Made by a program: the position numbers and the translations under genes. Under the pieces are notes generated by a model that was not told where the DNA came from, did no database searches, and was given only the letters and a program-made list of their open reading frames with translations. Positions 40,117-52,053 of a stretch of DNA of 64,000 nucleotides are shown here, piece after piece (positions within the stretch are counted from its first letter, which is position 1; each line of letters begins with the position of its first letter). Source of the DNA: an uncultured Actinomycetes bacterium (lineage in GTDB: Bacteria; Actinomycetota; UBA4738; HRBIN12); contig CAVSXK010000026.1 of assembly GCA_963731925.1 (NCBI GenBank), forward strand, positions 94,265 through 158,264. Reading direction: 5' to 3'.

Positions 40117-41331
40117 TCACCCCTCGCCCCGGGTTCCCGCGAGCGCCGCAGAGGGCATCGCGAGCAGGGCGGCGCGGAGCGACGTGCACAGCGCCCGCTG
40201 ATGGACGAGCTCCGGAGCGTCGTCCGACACGACGCGCGTACGGACCATGGCGAGGTTCACCTGCTCCTTCTGCAGACGTTTCAGCAGCCGCTCGGCGGCA
40301 TCGCCGGCGCGAGCACGCATCTCGCGCCGCGATCGGCGGCGGGCGCTCGGGTCGAGCAGCACCCGGAGCTCCTCCTCCGAGAGCGCGGGTGAGTCCACCT
40401 CCGAGCGCAGGGCCACCTCGAGCCACATCCGTTCGCGCCGGCGGGCGAGCCGAACGAGCACGACGACGACCAGCAACAGGGGGGCGCCCTTGACGAAGGC
40501 CGCGAGCGGGATGCGGAGCCAGTCACCGACGTCGTCGACGCTCCCCGGGAAGAAGTCGAGCAGGGGCGAGTTCCACAGGAAGTGCCCCGCGACCGCCGCC
40601 ACGAACAGCCCGATCGCCACGGCGAGCCGGCGGCCGAACGGGACCTCACCCCGACGCGAGACGAAGTACGCGACGCCCATCCCCGACAGACCCGTGTAGA
40701 GCACGTGCCCGTACAGGCCGCTCGACACCACGCGCACGTAGAACCCCGCGAGCACGCCACCCGGCGTGCCGCCGAAGATCGCGATGAAGTAGAAGACGTC
40801 CTCGACCAGGGCGAACCCGAGACCCACCATCGCGCCGTACACGAAACCGTCCATCATGTCGTCCATCTCGTCGCGCGCGATCAGGTAGATCAGCACGACG
40901 CCCGAGAGCTTCAGGGTCTCCTCCACGAACGGCGCCGTGAGCGCCGCCGTCCATTCGGCCGCGAACACCGGGCCCCCGACGCGGGCGACGACCAGGCCCC
41001 ACCCCTCGTTCGCGATCCCGGAGAGCACCGTGGCGGCCACGGCTCCCCAGACGAGCGCCCCGAGCACGAGCGACATCGGCTCGCGCTCGTACAGATCGAG
41101 CAGGTAGATCGCGAGGAACAGCGGGAGCCCGTAGACGAGGAGCAGCCCCCAGGACAGCGCCCATCCCGACGGCGACAGTCTCTGGAACAGCTGCTGTTGC
41201 CCGACCGTGTAGAGGGCGGTGACGACCACGATCGCCGCGTACAGCCAGAAGGCGGGCTCACGCCATTGGAACAGCGACGTCGTGCGGCCCCACCCCCGGC
41301 GTGGCATCCGGACGATCCGAGGCCGGCTCAC
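40117..41331 (-). CDS. PrsW-family intramembrane metalloprotease
   Basis: APFVEETLK, DGFVYGA.VGLGFA.VED, H...T..SG.G, H.LWNS. Confidence 0.88.
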   Translation of the reverse strand: MSRPRIVRMPRRGWGRTTSLFQWREPAFWLYAAIVVVTALYTVGQQQLFQRLSPSGWALSWGLLLVYGLPLFLAIYLLDLYEREPMSLVLGALVWGAVAATVLSGIANEGWGLVVARVGGPVFAAEWTAALTAPFVEETLKLSGVVLIYLIARDEMDDMMDGFVYGAMVGLGFALVEDVFYFIAIFGGTPGGVLAGFYVRVVSSGLYGHVLYTGLSGMGVAYFVSRRGEVPFGRRLAVAIGLFVAAVAGHFLWNSPLLDFFPGSVDDVGDWLRIPLAAFVKGAPLLLVVVVLVRLARRRERMWLEVALRSEVDSPALSEEELRVLLDPSARRRSRREMRARAGDAAERLLKRLQKEQVNLAMVRTRVVSDDAPELVHQRALCTSLRAALLAMPSAALAGTRGEG

Positions 41332-41356
41332 CCGTGGCCCCAGCGCGGTTCGCTCA

Positions 41357-41935
41357 TCAGGCGATCTCCGCGTGCTCGATCATCTCGTCGATCTCGTCGA
41401 TCTCGAACTGGAGCTGACCCGCGGGCGCCCAGCCGTTGAAGATCACGCCCGCTCCCGACGGCGACACCACGGCGGTCACCTCGCCCTCGATCGGCGCCTG
41501 CACGTCGCCGAACAGCCCGACGTAGGCGATCCGGGTTCCGGTGAGCCCGGAGGCCAGACGGATGGGCTCGACCTCCTCCGAGACCTGGAACTGCTCGGCA
41601 TCCGGCTCGAGGACCTGGTTCACGTACGAGGCGAGCAGGTCGACGTCGGTCCCGGTGAACGGGATCGTGGCGACGTCCAGGCTGGTGCTCCCGCTCGTCA
41701 GTCGGATCCCCGGCGGGTCGCCGAACCGCTCGGCGAGCACCCAGCCGGGGAGCGGCGTGATCCGCACGGATGCGCTGACCGTGACCGTTCCTCCGCTCGT
41801 CTCGCCGAGAGCGTCGGAGGTGAGGTAGCCGCCCGAGACGACCCCGGTCATGACGGCGACGAGCACGACGACCGGGATCCATCGCCGTTGCCGGAGCGGT
41901 GGGGCGGGCAGGGGGATCGGAGTGCCGACGCTCAC
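41357..41935 (-). CDS. Single-pass membrane protein with extracellular domain (PsbP/LpqN-like by inference)
   Basis: Pro-rich start, TM WIPVVVLVAVMTGVVSGG, then a beta-rich domain containing PGW; GTGA overlap with the upstream gene. Confidence 0.6.
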   Translation of the reverse strand: MSVGTPIPLPAPPLRQRRWIPVVVLVAVMTGVVSGGYLTSDALGETSGGTVTVSASVRITPLPGWVLAERFGDPPGIRLTSGSTSLDVATIPFTGTDVDLLASYVNQVLEPDAEQFQVSEEVEPIRLASGLTGTRIAYVGLFGDVQAPIEGEVTAVVSPSGAGVIFNGWAPAGQLQFEIDEIDEMIEHAEIA

Positions 41936-42346
41936 TCGACCACCGAGAGGAGCCGCGTGAACCGCGAGAGGCGCAGCGGATGGCGCACCATGCCCGATAC
42001 TCGCACGCGGCGGGTCGCGATCCCCCCAAGCACCGCCCGCCCCCGCGGGTCGAACGCGTCCGGCAGTCCGAACCGCAGCGGGGACGTGGAGAGCTCGATC
42101 AGATCGTCCGATCGCGCCGCGACCCTGCAGATGTGGGTCGCGGTCGGGGGGCCCGTTCGAGATCTCCACCACACCGCGCGACAGGACGACCGTCGCCCGA
42201 ACGTCGGCGTCCGACGCGATGAGCTCGACGACGGCCGGTCGAAGCAGGTTCCGCAGCTCGGGTCGGCGCTCGAGGTTCGCCTCGATCAGCCGGCCGACGA
42301 GGTCGGCGAGCCCGTTCGGCTCGGCGTCGGCGAACCGGACCGTCAC
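41932..42346 (-). CDS. SCP2 sterol-carrier-like protein; +1 frameshift near 42125-42150
   Basis: N-half VTVRFADAEPNGLADLVGRLIE.. in frame 41357-42610; C-half RVAARSDDLIEL..GIATRRVRVSG in ORF 41932-42174. Confidence 0.55.
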
Positions 42347-42368
42347 GGCTGCGACGGCACCGGCACGA

Positions 42369-43406
42369 TCACGGCTCCAACAGGACCTTGGTGGCCTGCT
42401 TGGTGTCGAACAGCTCGTAGCCGTGCGCGGCCTCATCGAGCGGGAGCCGGTGCGACACGATCGGCAACGGGTCGAGACGGCCGGCCTGTACCTCGGCCAT
42501 CGCGCGCTCCCACCACGCGTGGACCGGCGTCGTCCCGGCGAACCGGATCTGGAGCGCCCGGACCCACCAGACGCCGATCTGCGCCTGCACGACCTCGCTC
42601 GTGTACACACCCATCACGACGACCGTTCCACCACGCCGGACGATGTCCACCGAGCGTTCGAACGCGGCGGGCGTCCCGACGGCCTCGATCACGACGTCGG
42701 CGCCCCGTCCCTGCGTGTGCTCGTCCACGGCGGTCTGCGCGTTGCGCGCCGAGACGTCGACCGGGATCGCACCGATGCGTTCGGCGATCGAGAGCCTGGA
42801 GGGGTCGAGGTCGAGCGCGAGCACGGACGCAGCGCTCGGCAGGGCCGCCTGCGCGCAGAAGAAGCCCACCGGCCCGGCCCCGACGACGGCGACGACGTCG
42901 CCGTCGTGGATCTCGGCCAGCCCGGCGGCGTAGACACCGGTGGTCAAGGCGTCGCCGACGAAGAGCGCGCGATCGTCCTCGAGACCGTCGGGGACCGCGA
43001 GCAGGTTGACGTCGGCCACCGGGACGCGGAGCAGCTCGGCCTGCGCGCCGCCGAGGCTCCCACCGAACACCCCGTAGCCGAGGAAGCCGAAGTCCTCACA
43101 GAGCTGCGTCTGCCCCTTGCGACAGAACCAGCAGTCACCGCACGCGATATCGAACGACACGACCACCCGGTCCCCCGGCGCGAAGCGCTTGACGGACGAC
43201 CCGACCGCGTCCACCACACCGATCGCCTCGTGCCCGATCGTGTCGCCGGGCTCGAGCGGCGCCTTGCCGTGATACAGGTGGAGGTCCGATCCGCAGATCG
43301 CGGTCAGCCCGACGCGCACGATCGCATCGCTCGGCTCCACCAGGACGGGGTCGGGGACCTCGGCGACCTCGACCCGTTCGATGCCCCGGTAGACGACGGC
43401 GCGCAT
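42369..43406 (-). CDS. Zinc-dependent alcohol dehydrogenase (MDR, FDH-like)
   Basis: ICGSDLH, GHE, C..C..C...QTQLC, DALTTG, VGAGPVG, D.VIEAVG. Confidence 0.9.
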   Translation of the reverse strand: MRAVVYRGIERVEVAEVPDPVLVEPSDAIVRVGLTAICGSDLHLYHGKAPLEPGDTIGHEAIGVVDAVGSSVKRFAPGDRVVVSFDIACGDCWFCRKGQTQLCEDFGFLGYGVFGGSLGGAQAELLRVPVADVNLLAVPDGLEDDRALFVGDALTTGVYAAGLAEIHDGDVVAVVGAGPVGFFCAQAALPSAASVLALDLDPSRLSIAERIGAIPVDVSARNAQTAVDEHTQGRGADVVIEAVGTPAAFERSVDIVRRGGTVVVMGVYTSEVVQAQIGVWWVRALQIRFAGTTPVHAWWERAMAEVQAGRLDPLPIVSHRLPLDEAAHGYELFDTKQATKVLLEP

Positions 43407-43409
43407 CGG

Positions 43410-43829
43410 TCAGGCGTCGCCGACGAACTCGGTCGGCACGAGCGTCGTCAGGTGCACGAGCTCCTTGGCGGCCCTGACGTGCCGAACGATCGTCGCGAGG
43501 TCCCCCCGGAGCTTGAGCTTGCCCTGCACCATCGCCTTCACGGGTTCGAGATCTCCGAGGACCACCTCGCGCCACCGCGAGTACGGCGCACGGATCCCGT
43601 ACGCCGCCGCGTCGGCCTCCTCGGCGGTGATCATGCGTGCGCCCCGGCATTCCCCGTGCCACAGGTCGAGCCAGGCCACGAGGTCATCCGTCACGCCGCG
43701 ATCGGGCTCGGCCTCCATGAAGAACGCGATGTCTCCCTCCCACGTCTGGGCAGCCTCGCGATATTCCTCCGACCCGTTGATGAGGTCCCGGTACCGCGAG
43801 ATCCACTCCTCGCTCGGGAACAGCGCCAT
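43410..43829 (-). CDS. SCP2 sterol-binding domain protein
   Basis: MALFPSEEW..YRDLIN..W.G..LDLWHGEC..APYSRW..LEPVKAMVQGKLKLRGD. Confidence 0.8.
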   Translation of the reverse strand: MALFPSEEWISRYRDLINGSEEYREAAQTWEGDIAFFMEAEPDRGVTDDLVAWLDLWHGECRGARMITAEEADAAAYGIRAPYSRWREVVLGDLEPVKAMVQGKLKLRGDLATIVRHVRAAKELVHLTTLVPTEFVGDA

Positions 43830-43837
43830 CGAACCTC

Positions 43838-44635
43838 CTACCGCAATCCGAGGATCAGCACGATGCCGATCACGTTGAAGGTCACGTGGGCGGCGATCGG
43901 GGCGACGATCGTTCGGCGCCGCTCGTAGATGAAGCACAGGGCGATGCCCGTGAAGAACATCACGGTCATGAGCAATGCCGCATCGATCGCCGAGCCCGGG
44001 ATGAAGTGGATCAACCCGAACCCGATCGACGAGCCAACCGCGCCGACCCAGAACCCGTGGCGATCGCGGAGCGCCCGGAACAGGACACCGCGGAAGAACA
44101 GCTCCTCGCCGATCGGAGCGATGACGATCGCGTACACGACCGTGAGCGCGGTCCCCACCGCCGGGAGATGCTCGCCGACCTGCTCCGGGGCCTCGACGGG
44201 CTCGCCGCTGATCGTCTGGAGGAGGACCGTCAGCAACCCTCCGACGACGAACACCATCACCGGATACAGCCCGATGCCGAACAGGACGCCCGACCCGACC
44301 TCCTTGCGCCAGGTCCCCGGTTCCGGGAGTCGCAGCACGGTGAGCCAGCCCCGGTGGTACCGCGACAGCCACAGGACCAGCACGCCGATGATCACGAGCG
44401 CCGCGACCACCGTGAGGACGATGTTGGTGAGGTCGGCCTCCGGCTCCATGAGCTGGATGAACGGCAGCGTCGCGAGCCCGGCCAGCACGAACGCCAGGAG
44501 GTAGACGCCGAGCGCCTCGTACCAGCTCCAGGTCGCGGTGGTCGGGAAGCCGTCCGGCGCACCCGGGCCGGGCGGCATCGACGGGGCGGGGTGGAGACCG
44601 TCCGGACGAGGAGGGATCGGTGGGTGGGTGCTCAC
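43838..44635 (-). CDS. CPBP/Abi (CAAX protease-like) intramembrane metalloprotease
   Basis: APIGEELFFRG, FGLIH, H..FN; GTG start at 44635 inferred. Confidence 0.85.
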   Translation of the reverse strand: MSTHPPIPPRPDGLHPAPSMPPGPGAPDGFPTTATWSWYEALGVYLLAFVLAGLATLPFIQLMEPEADLTNIVLTVVAALVIIGVLVLWLSRYHRGWLTVLRLPEPGTWRKEVGSGVLFGIGLYPVMVFVVGGLLTVLLQTISGEPVEAPEQVGEHLPAVGTALTVVYAIVIAPIGEELFFRGVLFRALRDRHGFWVGAVGSSIGFGLIHFIPGSAIDAALLMTVMFFTGIALCFIYERRRTIVAPIAAHVTFNVIGIVLILGLR

Positions 44636-46336
44636 GGCTCCCCCATCTTCCCGGCTTCGGACAGGAGCGACACGCCGAGGAGCCCACCCAGTCCGAGCCC
44701 GAACGCGAGTCCGGCCGCCGCCGGCCCCGAGTCGTTCACGAGGTAGGCAACGACGCCGGCCAGGAGCGTGACGAGGATCGCGTCCCGCCACGCCGGGCTG
44801 CGCTCCAGGCTCGGACGAAGCGCCGCGGGCGGACGGAGCACGGCCGCGATCGCGACGGGGAGACCGATCACGGGGATCAGCGCGAACGGGTTGTGCGCGA
44901 TGAGGTCGAACCCGACCTGGAGGCGGTCCCCGAATCGCTCGAACACCCCCGAGATCCCGCTCACCTCCTCCTCGAACCGCGTGACGTGCGTCTCGAACGG
45001 CGAGATCGCGTGCGCGAGGAGGATCAATGCCCCCCCGACCAGGGTGACCCCGACGAAGACGCCGAGTCCCTTCCACACAACCGAGGCGTTCGCGCTCGCG
45101 GACGGCGAGCCAGAGGCCGGCCGCCGCGAACAGCGACACCCCGCCGCCGAGGTTCGCGCCGACGTACGGCAATCCCGCGAACAGTCCCACGGCGACCAGG
45201 AGCGCGAAGCCGGCTCCGGTCCGCAGGCGGTGCGCCACCCACAGGCACGAGCCGATCAACAGTCCGATGAACACGTTCGGCAGGCCGTAGAAGCGGCCGC
45301 CGTCGAGCTCCGAGCCGCCGACGAACGGGGTGAGCGCCGCCGTCCATTCGAGGATCGCCTCGAGCGCGAAGTACGCGAGGACCGCGATCCCGATCCCCGC
45401 GGGCACGAGCAGCACGTCTCGCCGTTCGAGCGGCGCGAACGCGAGCGTGCCGAACACCGTCACGAGCGCGACGAACGGGATCACCGTCGCGTACGTGAGC
45501 TCGGGCAGGTGTCCCGCCGCGAGGAATGCCGTCGCGAGCGCCGCTACCGACAGGCAACCCCATCCGAAGATCCGCCGAAGGACCTGTGGGATCCGGCTCC
45601 CGAGCGCGAGGATCACGATGGCGCCGAGCCCCACGATCGTGAGGTAGATGCCACCGGCCGTTCCGATGGGGACGTACATCCGGCGTTGCGCGAGGTAGCG
45701 CTGGTGAAGCTCGAACGGCGGCGGACCCGAGATGATCTCGATCGGCGATCCGTTCGAATCGGCGGGTGGATCAACGCCGAGGAAGTCGGCGATGGTCGGG
45801 ATGACGTCCAGATCGGTGACAACCCCCGCCCTGCGAGTCGAGTCGGAGGTGAGCGACCCCTCCTCTCCCCGTTCGGCGAACAGGTCGCTCGACGTCCCCC
45901 GGGCAAGCACGAGTGGATGCAGCTCGTCCTTGGCGACGATCATCTCCGGCGAGGGCCTGGTCGAGGCGACGAAGACCAGCACGGATCCGTCGTCGACCGA
46001 CGTCACCATCTCGACGATCATGCTCGCCACCCCTTCGAGTCCACCCTCTCGCGTGGGGTCGAGCCATCGGAAGTGGACGTTCTGCTCGCCGGGAGCGATG
46101 CCGGCTTCCCCTTCGGTCGGCAACCCGTTCTGCAGCGTCATCAGCGCGGCACCGCCATTGGTGGCGAGGGCAGCGACCTCGGGGATCCCGAGCATCTCCT
46201 CGAACGAGACTCCGGGGACCAGGAAGACGAAGACTTCACCCGTTTCCTCGCTCACCTGCGCGCGTGCGGACGTGGAGGCGAAACCGCCTGCGACGATGAG
46301 TGGCAGCAGGAGCGCGCCGAGACGCGCGCGGGTCAC
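44632..46336 (-). CDS. Large hypothetical membrane protein (N-terminal extracellular domain plus multi-TM region); +1 frameshift near 45078
   Basis: Signal-like N-terminus, VFLVPG.S, DVIPTI, GGRFYG..N, GAN.GG, NDSG; the C-terminus continues in ORF 44632-45078. Confidence 0.65.
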
Positions 46337-47604
46337 GACAGGGCCGGGGAGCGTTCGCGCTCGCGGCGGACGACCGCGCCGAGCGCCGCCAGCTTGGCCT
46401 CCATCTCCTGATAGCCGCGGTCGACGTGGTACATGTCCTCGATCTCGGTCACGCCGTCGGCGGTGAGCGCCGCGATCACCATCGCGGCGCCGGCGCGGAT
46501 GTCGAGGGCGCGCACGGGCGCGGCCGACAGGCGCTCGACGCCGCGGATCACCGCGTGATGGCCCTCGGTACGGATGTCGGCCCCCATCCGGTTCAGCTCG
46601 TCGACGAACATGAACCGGCCCTCGAACACGTTCTCCGTCACGATGCTCGTCCCCTCCGCCGATGCGAGGAGCGCCATCATCTGCGGCTGGAGGTCGGTCG
46701 GGAACCCCGGGTACGGGAGCGTCACCAGATCGACACACCTCGGTCGTGAACCCATCGAGATCGCCACACCCGCATCCGTCGCGACGACGTCGGCGCCGGC
46801 GTCGGCCAGCTTGGACAGGACGAGATCCATGTGGTCGGCTCTCGCGCCCGAGAGCAGCAGCCGGCCGCCCGCCGAACAGACAGCGATCGCGTACGTTCCG
46901 GCCTCGACCCGGTCGGGGATCACCGTGTGATCGACGGCCCCGAACCCGTCGACACCCTGGATCTCGATCGTGGGGGTGCCGACACCGTCGATCCGCGCGC
47001 CCATCTCGACGAGGAAGTCCGCGAGGTCGACCAGCTCGGGCTCGCGTGCGGCGTTCTCGATCACGGTGGTCCCCCGCGCCGCCACGGCGGCCATCAGGAC
47101 GTTCTCGGTGGCGCCGACGCTCGGGAAGTCCAGGTTCACCACCGCGCCTCGCAGGCCCGTCGTCTCGCCGACGAGGAAGCCGTGCTCGGAGGAGAACCGC
47201 GCACCCATCTTCTCGAGCCCACGGATGTGCAGGTCGATCGCGCGCGACCCGATGTTGCACCCGCCGGGCATCGCCACCCGCGCGTTGCCGAACCGCGCGA
47301 GCAGCGGGCCGAGGACCAGGATCGACGCCCGCATCCGGCTGACCAGCTCGTAGGGGGTCTCGGCCGGCCTCACGTCGGTCGTCTCCAGGACGAGCGCGTC
47401 GCCCGCCCACGCGCAGCCGACGCCGAGGTGCTCGAGCACCTCGACCATCGTGAAGCAGTCCTGGATCCGAGGGACGTTCCTCACGGTGGAGCGGCCGTCG
47501 GCGAGCACCACGGCGGCCATGAGCTTGAGCGCCGAGTTCTTGGCGCCGGCGATCTCGACCGTGCCGTCGAGCGGCGTCCCTCCGGTTACGAGCAGGCGAT
47601 CCAT
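46333..47604 (-). CDS. murA: UDP-N-acetylglucosamine 1-carboxyvinyltransferase
   Basis: GAKNSAL, RMRAS..LGPLL, PGGC.IG.R.IDLH, SVGATEN, AAREPE, PYPGFPTD.Q, D.RAGA, H.DRGY. Confidence 0.96.
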   Translation of the reverse strand: MDRLLVTGGTPLDGTVEIAGAKNSALKLMAAVVLADGRSTVRNVPRIQDCFTMVEVLEHLGVGCAWAGDALVLETTDVRPAETPYELVSRMRASILVLGPLLARFGNARVAMPGGCNIGSRAIDLHIRGLEKMGARFSSEHGFLVGETTGLRGAVVNLDFPSVGATENVLMAAVAARGTTVIENAAREPELVDLADFLVEMGARIDGVGTPTIEIQGVDGFGAVDHTVIPDRVEAGTYAIAVCSAGGRLLLSGARADHMDLVLSKLADAGADVVATDAGVAISMGSRPRCVDLVTLPYPGFPTDLQPQMMALLASAEGTSIVTENVFEGRFMFVDELNRMGADIRTEGHHAVIRGVERLSAAPVRALDIRAGAAMVIAALTADGVTEIEDMYHVDRGYQEMEAKLAALGAVVRRERERSPALS

Positions 47605-47647
47605 GGCGTCTCCATCCTAGGCCCAGGCTTCCCCGGGACCCGGGAGG

Positions 47648-48043
47648 CTACTCGTCGAGGCCCGTGCGGGCCAACGCCTTCGCGAGCTCGGCACGCACGC
47701 CCGCGTCGTCGCCCTGGGCGAGCCGTGCCTGCGCTTGCTCGACCCGTGCCTGCGCGGCCACGCGGTCGATATCGTCGGACAGTTCGGCGAACGAGGCCAG
47801 CACGTCGACCCGCGTCGAGTCCTCGGTGTTGGTGACATGGAGGAACCCGCCGTCGACGACCGCGACGATCCAGCGACCGTCCTCGAGCTGGATCTTGATC
47901 GGCGCGATCGAGAGCCGGATCAGAAGCGGGGCGTGCCCGGACAGGATCCCGACCATCCCGTCGGTGCCGCGCGCGATCACCATCTCGGCCGAGCCGGCCC
48001 AGACCTCGCGTTCGGGCGTGACGAGATGGACGTCGAGCGCCAT
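47648..48043 (-). CDS. atpC: F0F1 ATP synthase epsilon
   Basis: VTPER, G..GIL.GHAP, VDGGFL.V. Confidence 0.92.
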   Translation of the reverse strand: MALDVHLVTPEREVWAGSAEMVIARGTDGMVGILSGHAPLLIRLSIAPIKIQLEDGRWIVAVVDGGFLHVTNTEDSTRVDVLASFAELSDDIDRVAAQARVEQAQARLAQGDDAGVRAELAKALARTGLDE

Positions 48044-49474
<1,431 letters not shown>

Positions 49475-50368
49475 TCACTCCTTCGTTGCGCCGGCCAGGG
49501 CCTCCGCCCCGCCGACGATCTCCATGATCTCCGTGGTGATCTCGTCCTGGCGGGCGCGGTTGGCCTGCCGGGTGAGCACCTTGATGAGCTCGTCCGCGTT
49601 GTCGGTCGCTGCCGCCATCGCCCGCTGACGAGCGGCGTTCTCCGAGGCGGCGGACTCGAGCAGCGCGAAGTAGATCTTCGTGATGACGTACTGCGGCAGC
49701 AGGTCGCCCAGGATCTCGGCGGGCTCCGGCTCGAAGATGTACTCGGCGCTCGGCACGCCCGAGGCGTCGGACACGACCTCCTCCGGCGCGATCGGCAGGA
49801 ACCGCTTGTCCGTCGCCCGGAACGTGAACGACGAGCGGAAGTCCGTGTAGACGGTGTGCAGCTCGTCGATGCGACCCGAGCCGAAGTCCTCGATCAGCCG
49901 GGTCCCGATCTCCACGGCGGCGTCGTACCTCGGCACCTCGGAGAACCCCGACCACGAAGCCTCCGGCGTCACGCCACGGAACCGGAAGTACCCGATCGCC
50001 TTCTTCCCGGTGAGGTACAGGACGGGCTCGAGCCCTCGGGCTCGGACGCGGCGGAGCAGGTCCTCGGCCCGCTTGAGCAGGTTCGCGTTGAACGCGCCCG
50101 CCAGACCGCGATCGCTCGTCATGACGAGCACCCCGGCCCGCGCCGGCGTCTCACGCTCCTCGAGCAGCGGGTGGACCATCGACCCCGTCTGCCGGGCCAC
50201 GTCCTCCATCGCCGCCGTGAGCAGGTCCGCGTACGGGCGCGCTTCCATCACGCGCTGCTGCGCCTTCACGATCCGGGACGCGGCGATGAGCTCCATCGCG
50301 CGCGTGATCTTCATCGTCGACTGGACCGAGCGGATCCGCCGGCGGACGACCCGGAGCTGCGCGCCCAC
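49475..50368 (-). CDS. atpG: F0F1 ATP synthase gamma
   Basis: [47 protein letters not shown]. Confidence 0.95.
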   Translation of the reverse strand: MGAQLRVVRRRIRSVQSTMKITRAMELIAASRIVKAQQRVMEARPYADLLTAAMEDVARQTGSMVHPLLEERETPARAGVLVMTSDRGLAGAFNANLLKRAEDLLRRVRARGLEPVLYLTGKKAIGYFRFRGVTPEASWSGFSEVPRYDAAVEIGTRLIEDFGSGRIDELHTVYTDFRSSFTFRATDKRFLPIAPEEVVSDASGVPSAEYIFEPEPAEILGDLLPQYVITKIYFALLESAASENAARQRAMAAATDNADELIKVLTRQANRARQDEITTEIMEIVGGAEALAGATKE

Positions 50369-50374
50369 GGAGCC

Positions 50375-52049
50375 CTAACCGCCCGAGCCCGGCGGCTCGT
50401 CCTCGTCGTCGGCCGACGAGAGCCGGTCCCACCCGACGTCCGGCTTGACCGGGTCCCTCGGCGCGCCCTGACCCACGCCGGCCTCGCTCCCCTCTGCCGG
50501 CATCGGACCGCACGAACGCCTGGGTGAAGTCCTCGACGGCCTGTTTCAGGGTCGCCTCGGTCTCGTCGGAGAGCTCGCCGGTGTCCCGGATCGCGTCCAG
50601 GACGCCGGTCCGCGCGGACAGGTGCTCGATGAAGTCGTCCACGAACCGCTTGGCGTCCTCGACCGGGAGCGCGTCGAGGTACCCGCCCGTCCCGACCCAG
50701 ATCGCCACGACCTGCGACTCGACCGGCACGGGCCGGTACTGCGGCTGCTTGAGGATCTCGACGACACGGGCACCGCGCGCGAGCTGCTTCTGGGACTCTC
50801 GGTCGAGCTCGGACCCGAACTGCGCGAAGGCCTCGAGCGCTCGGTACTGCGCCATCGTGATCCGCAGCGTCCCGGCGATCTTCCTCATCGCCTTGATCTG
50901 CGCGTTCCCCCCCACGCGCGAGACGGACGTGCCCACGTTGATCGCGGGGCGGACCCCCGCGAAGAACAGGTCGGGCTCGAGGTAGATCTGTCCGTCGGTG
51001 ATCGAGATCACGTTGGTCGGGATGTAGGCCGAGATGTCGTTGCCCTTGGTCTCGACGATCGGCAGCGCCGTGAGCGAACCCGCCCCGAGCCGGTCCGAGA
51101 GCTTCGCCGCGCGCTCGAGCAGCCGGGAGTGCAGGTAGAAGACGTCGCCCGGGTACGCCTCCCGCCCCGGCGGCCGCCGGAGCAGCAGGGAGAGCGTCCG
51201 GTAGGCGGTGGCCTGCTTGGACAGGTCGTCGTACACGGCGAGCGCGTGCAGGCCCTCGTACATCCAGTACGCGCCGAGGGCCGCTCCCGAGTACGGGGCG
51301 AGGTACTGGAACGGCGTCGGGTCCGAGGCCGAAGCGTTCACGATCACCGTGTAGTCGAGCGCGCCGTTGTCGCTCAGCGTCTCGACCACCTCGGCCACGG
51401 TGGACGCCTTCTGGCCGACCGCGACGTAGATGCAGCGGACCTGCCTCTTCGGGTCGCCGCTGGCCCAGTTGTCGCGCTGGGCGATGATCGCATCGATCGC
51501 GATGGCGGTCTTGCCGGTCTGTCGGTCGCCGATGATGAGCTCCCGCTGGCCGCGCCCGATCGGCGTCATCGCGTCGATCGCCGTGATCCCGGTCTGCAAG
51601 GGCTCCTTCACCGGCTGGCGGTCGACGACGTTGGCGGCCTGGATCTCGAGCACCCGCGTTTCCTCCGCCGGGATCGGACCCTTCCCGTCGAGCGGGACGC
51701 CGAGAGGATCGATGACCCGCCCGAGGAACCCGTCACCTACGGGGATCGAAAGGATCCTGCCGGTCTGCTTGACGAGGTCGCCCTCCTCGATCTGCGTGGA
51801 CTCACCGAGGACGACGCAGCCGATCTCGTCCTCGTCGAGGTTGAACGCGAGGCCGAGCACGCCGCCGGGGAACTCGAGGAGCTCGCTCGCCATCGCGCCG
51901 GGGAGACCCTGCACGCGCGCGATGCCGTCGCCGGCCTCGACCACGCGGCCGACCTCCTCACGCTCGACCGAAGGCGTGTAGCTCTCGACGTTCTTCCGCA
52001 GCGCCTGGGCGATGTCCTTCGGATCGAAGCTCAGCTCGTCCACTGCCAT
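50375..52049 (-). CDS. atpA: F0F1 ATP synthase alpha; probable +1 frameshift near 50490 in a C-terminal extension
   Basis: [49 protein letters not shown]; the corrected frame ends ..PPGSGG TAG at 50375, just before atpG. Confidence 0.95.
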
Positions 52050-52053
52050 CGGG

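Noticed and set aside
41357-42610. Apparent fusion of SCP2-like and membrane protein (417 aa)
   Set aside because: Produced by the +1 shift near 42125-42150; the genes have their own stop and start (GTGA overlap at 41932-41935).
43838-47410. Apparent 1190-aa fusion ORF
   Set aside because: Chance in-frame join of off-frame murA sequence, the membrane protein N-half and the CPBP gene, created by the frameshift at about 45078.
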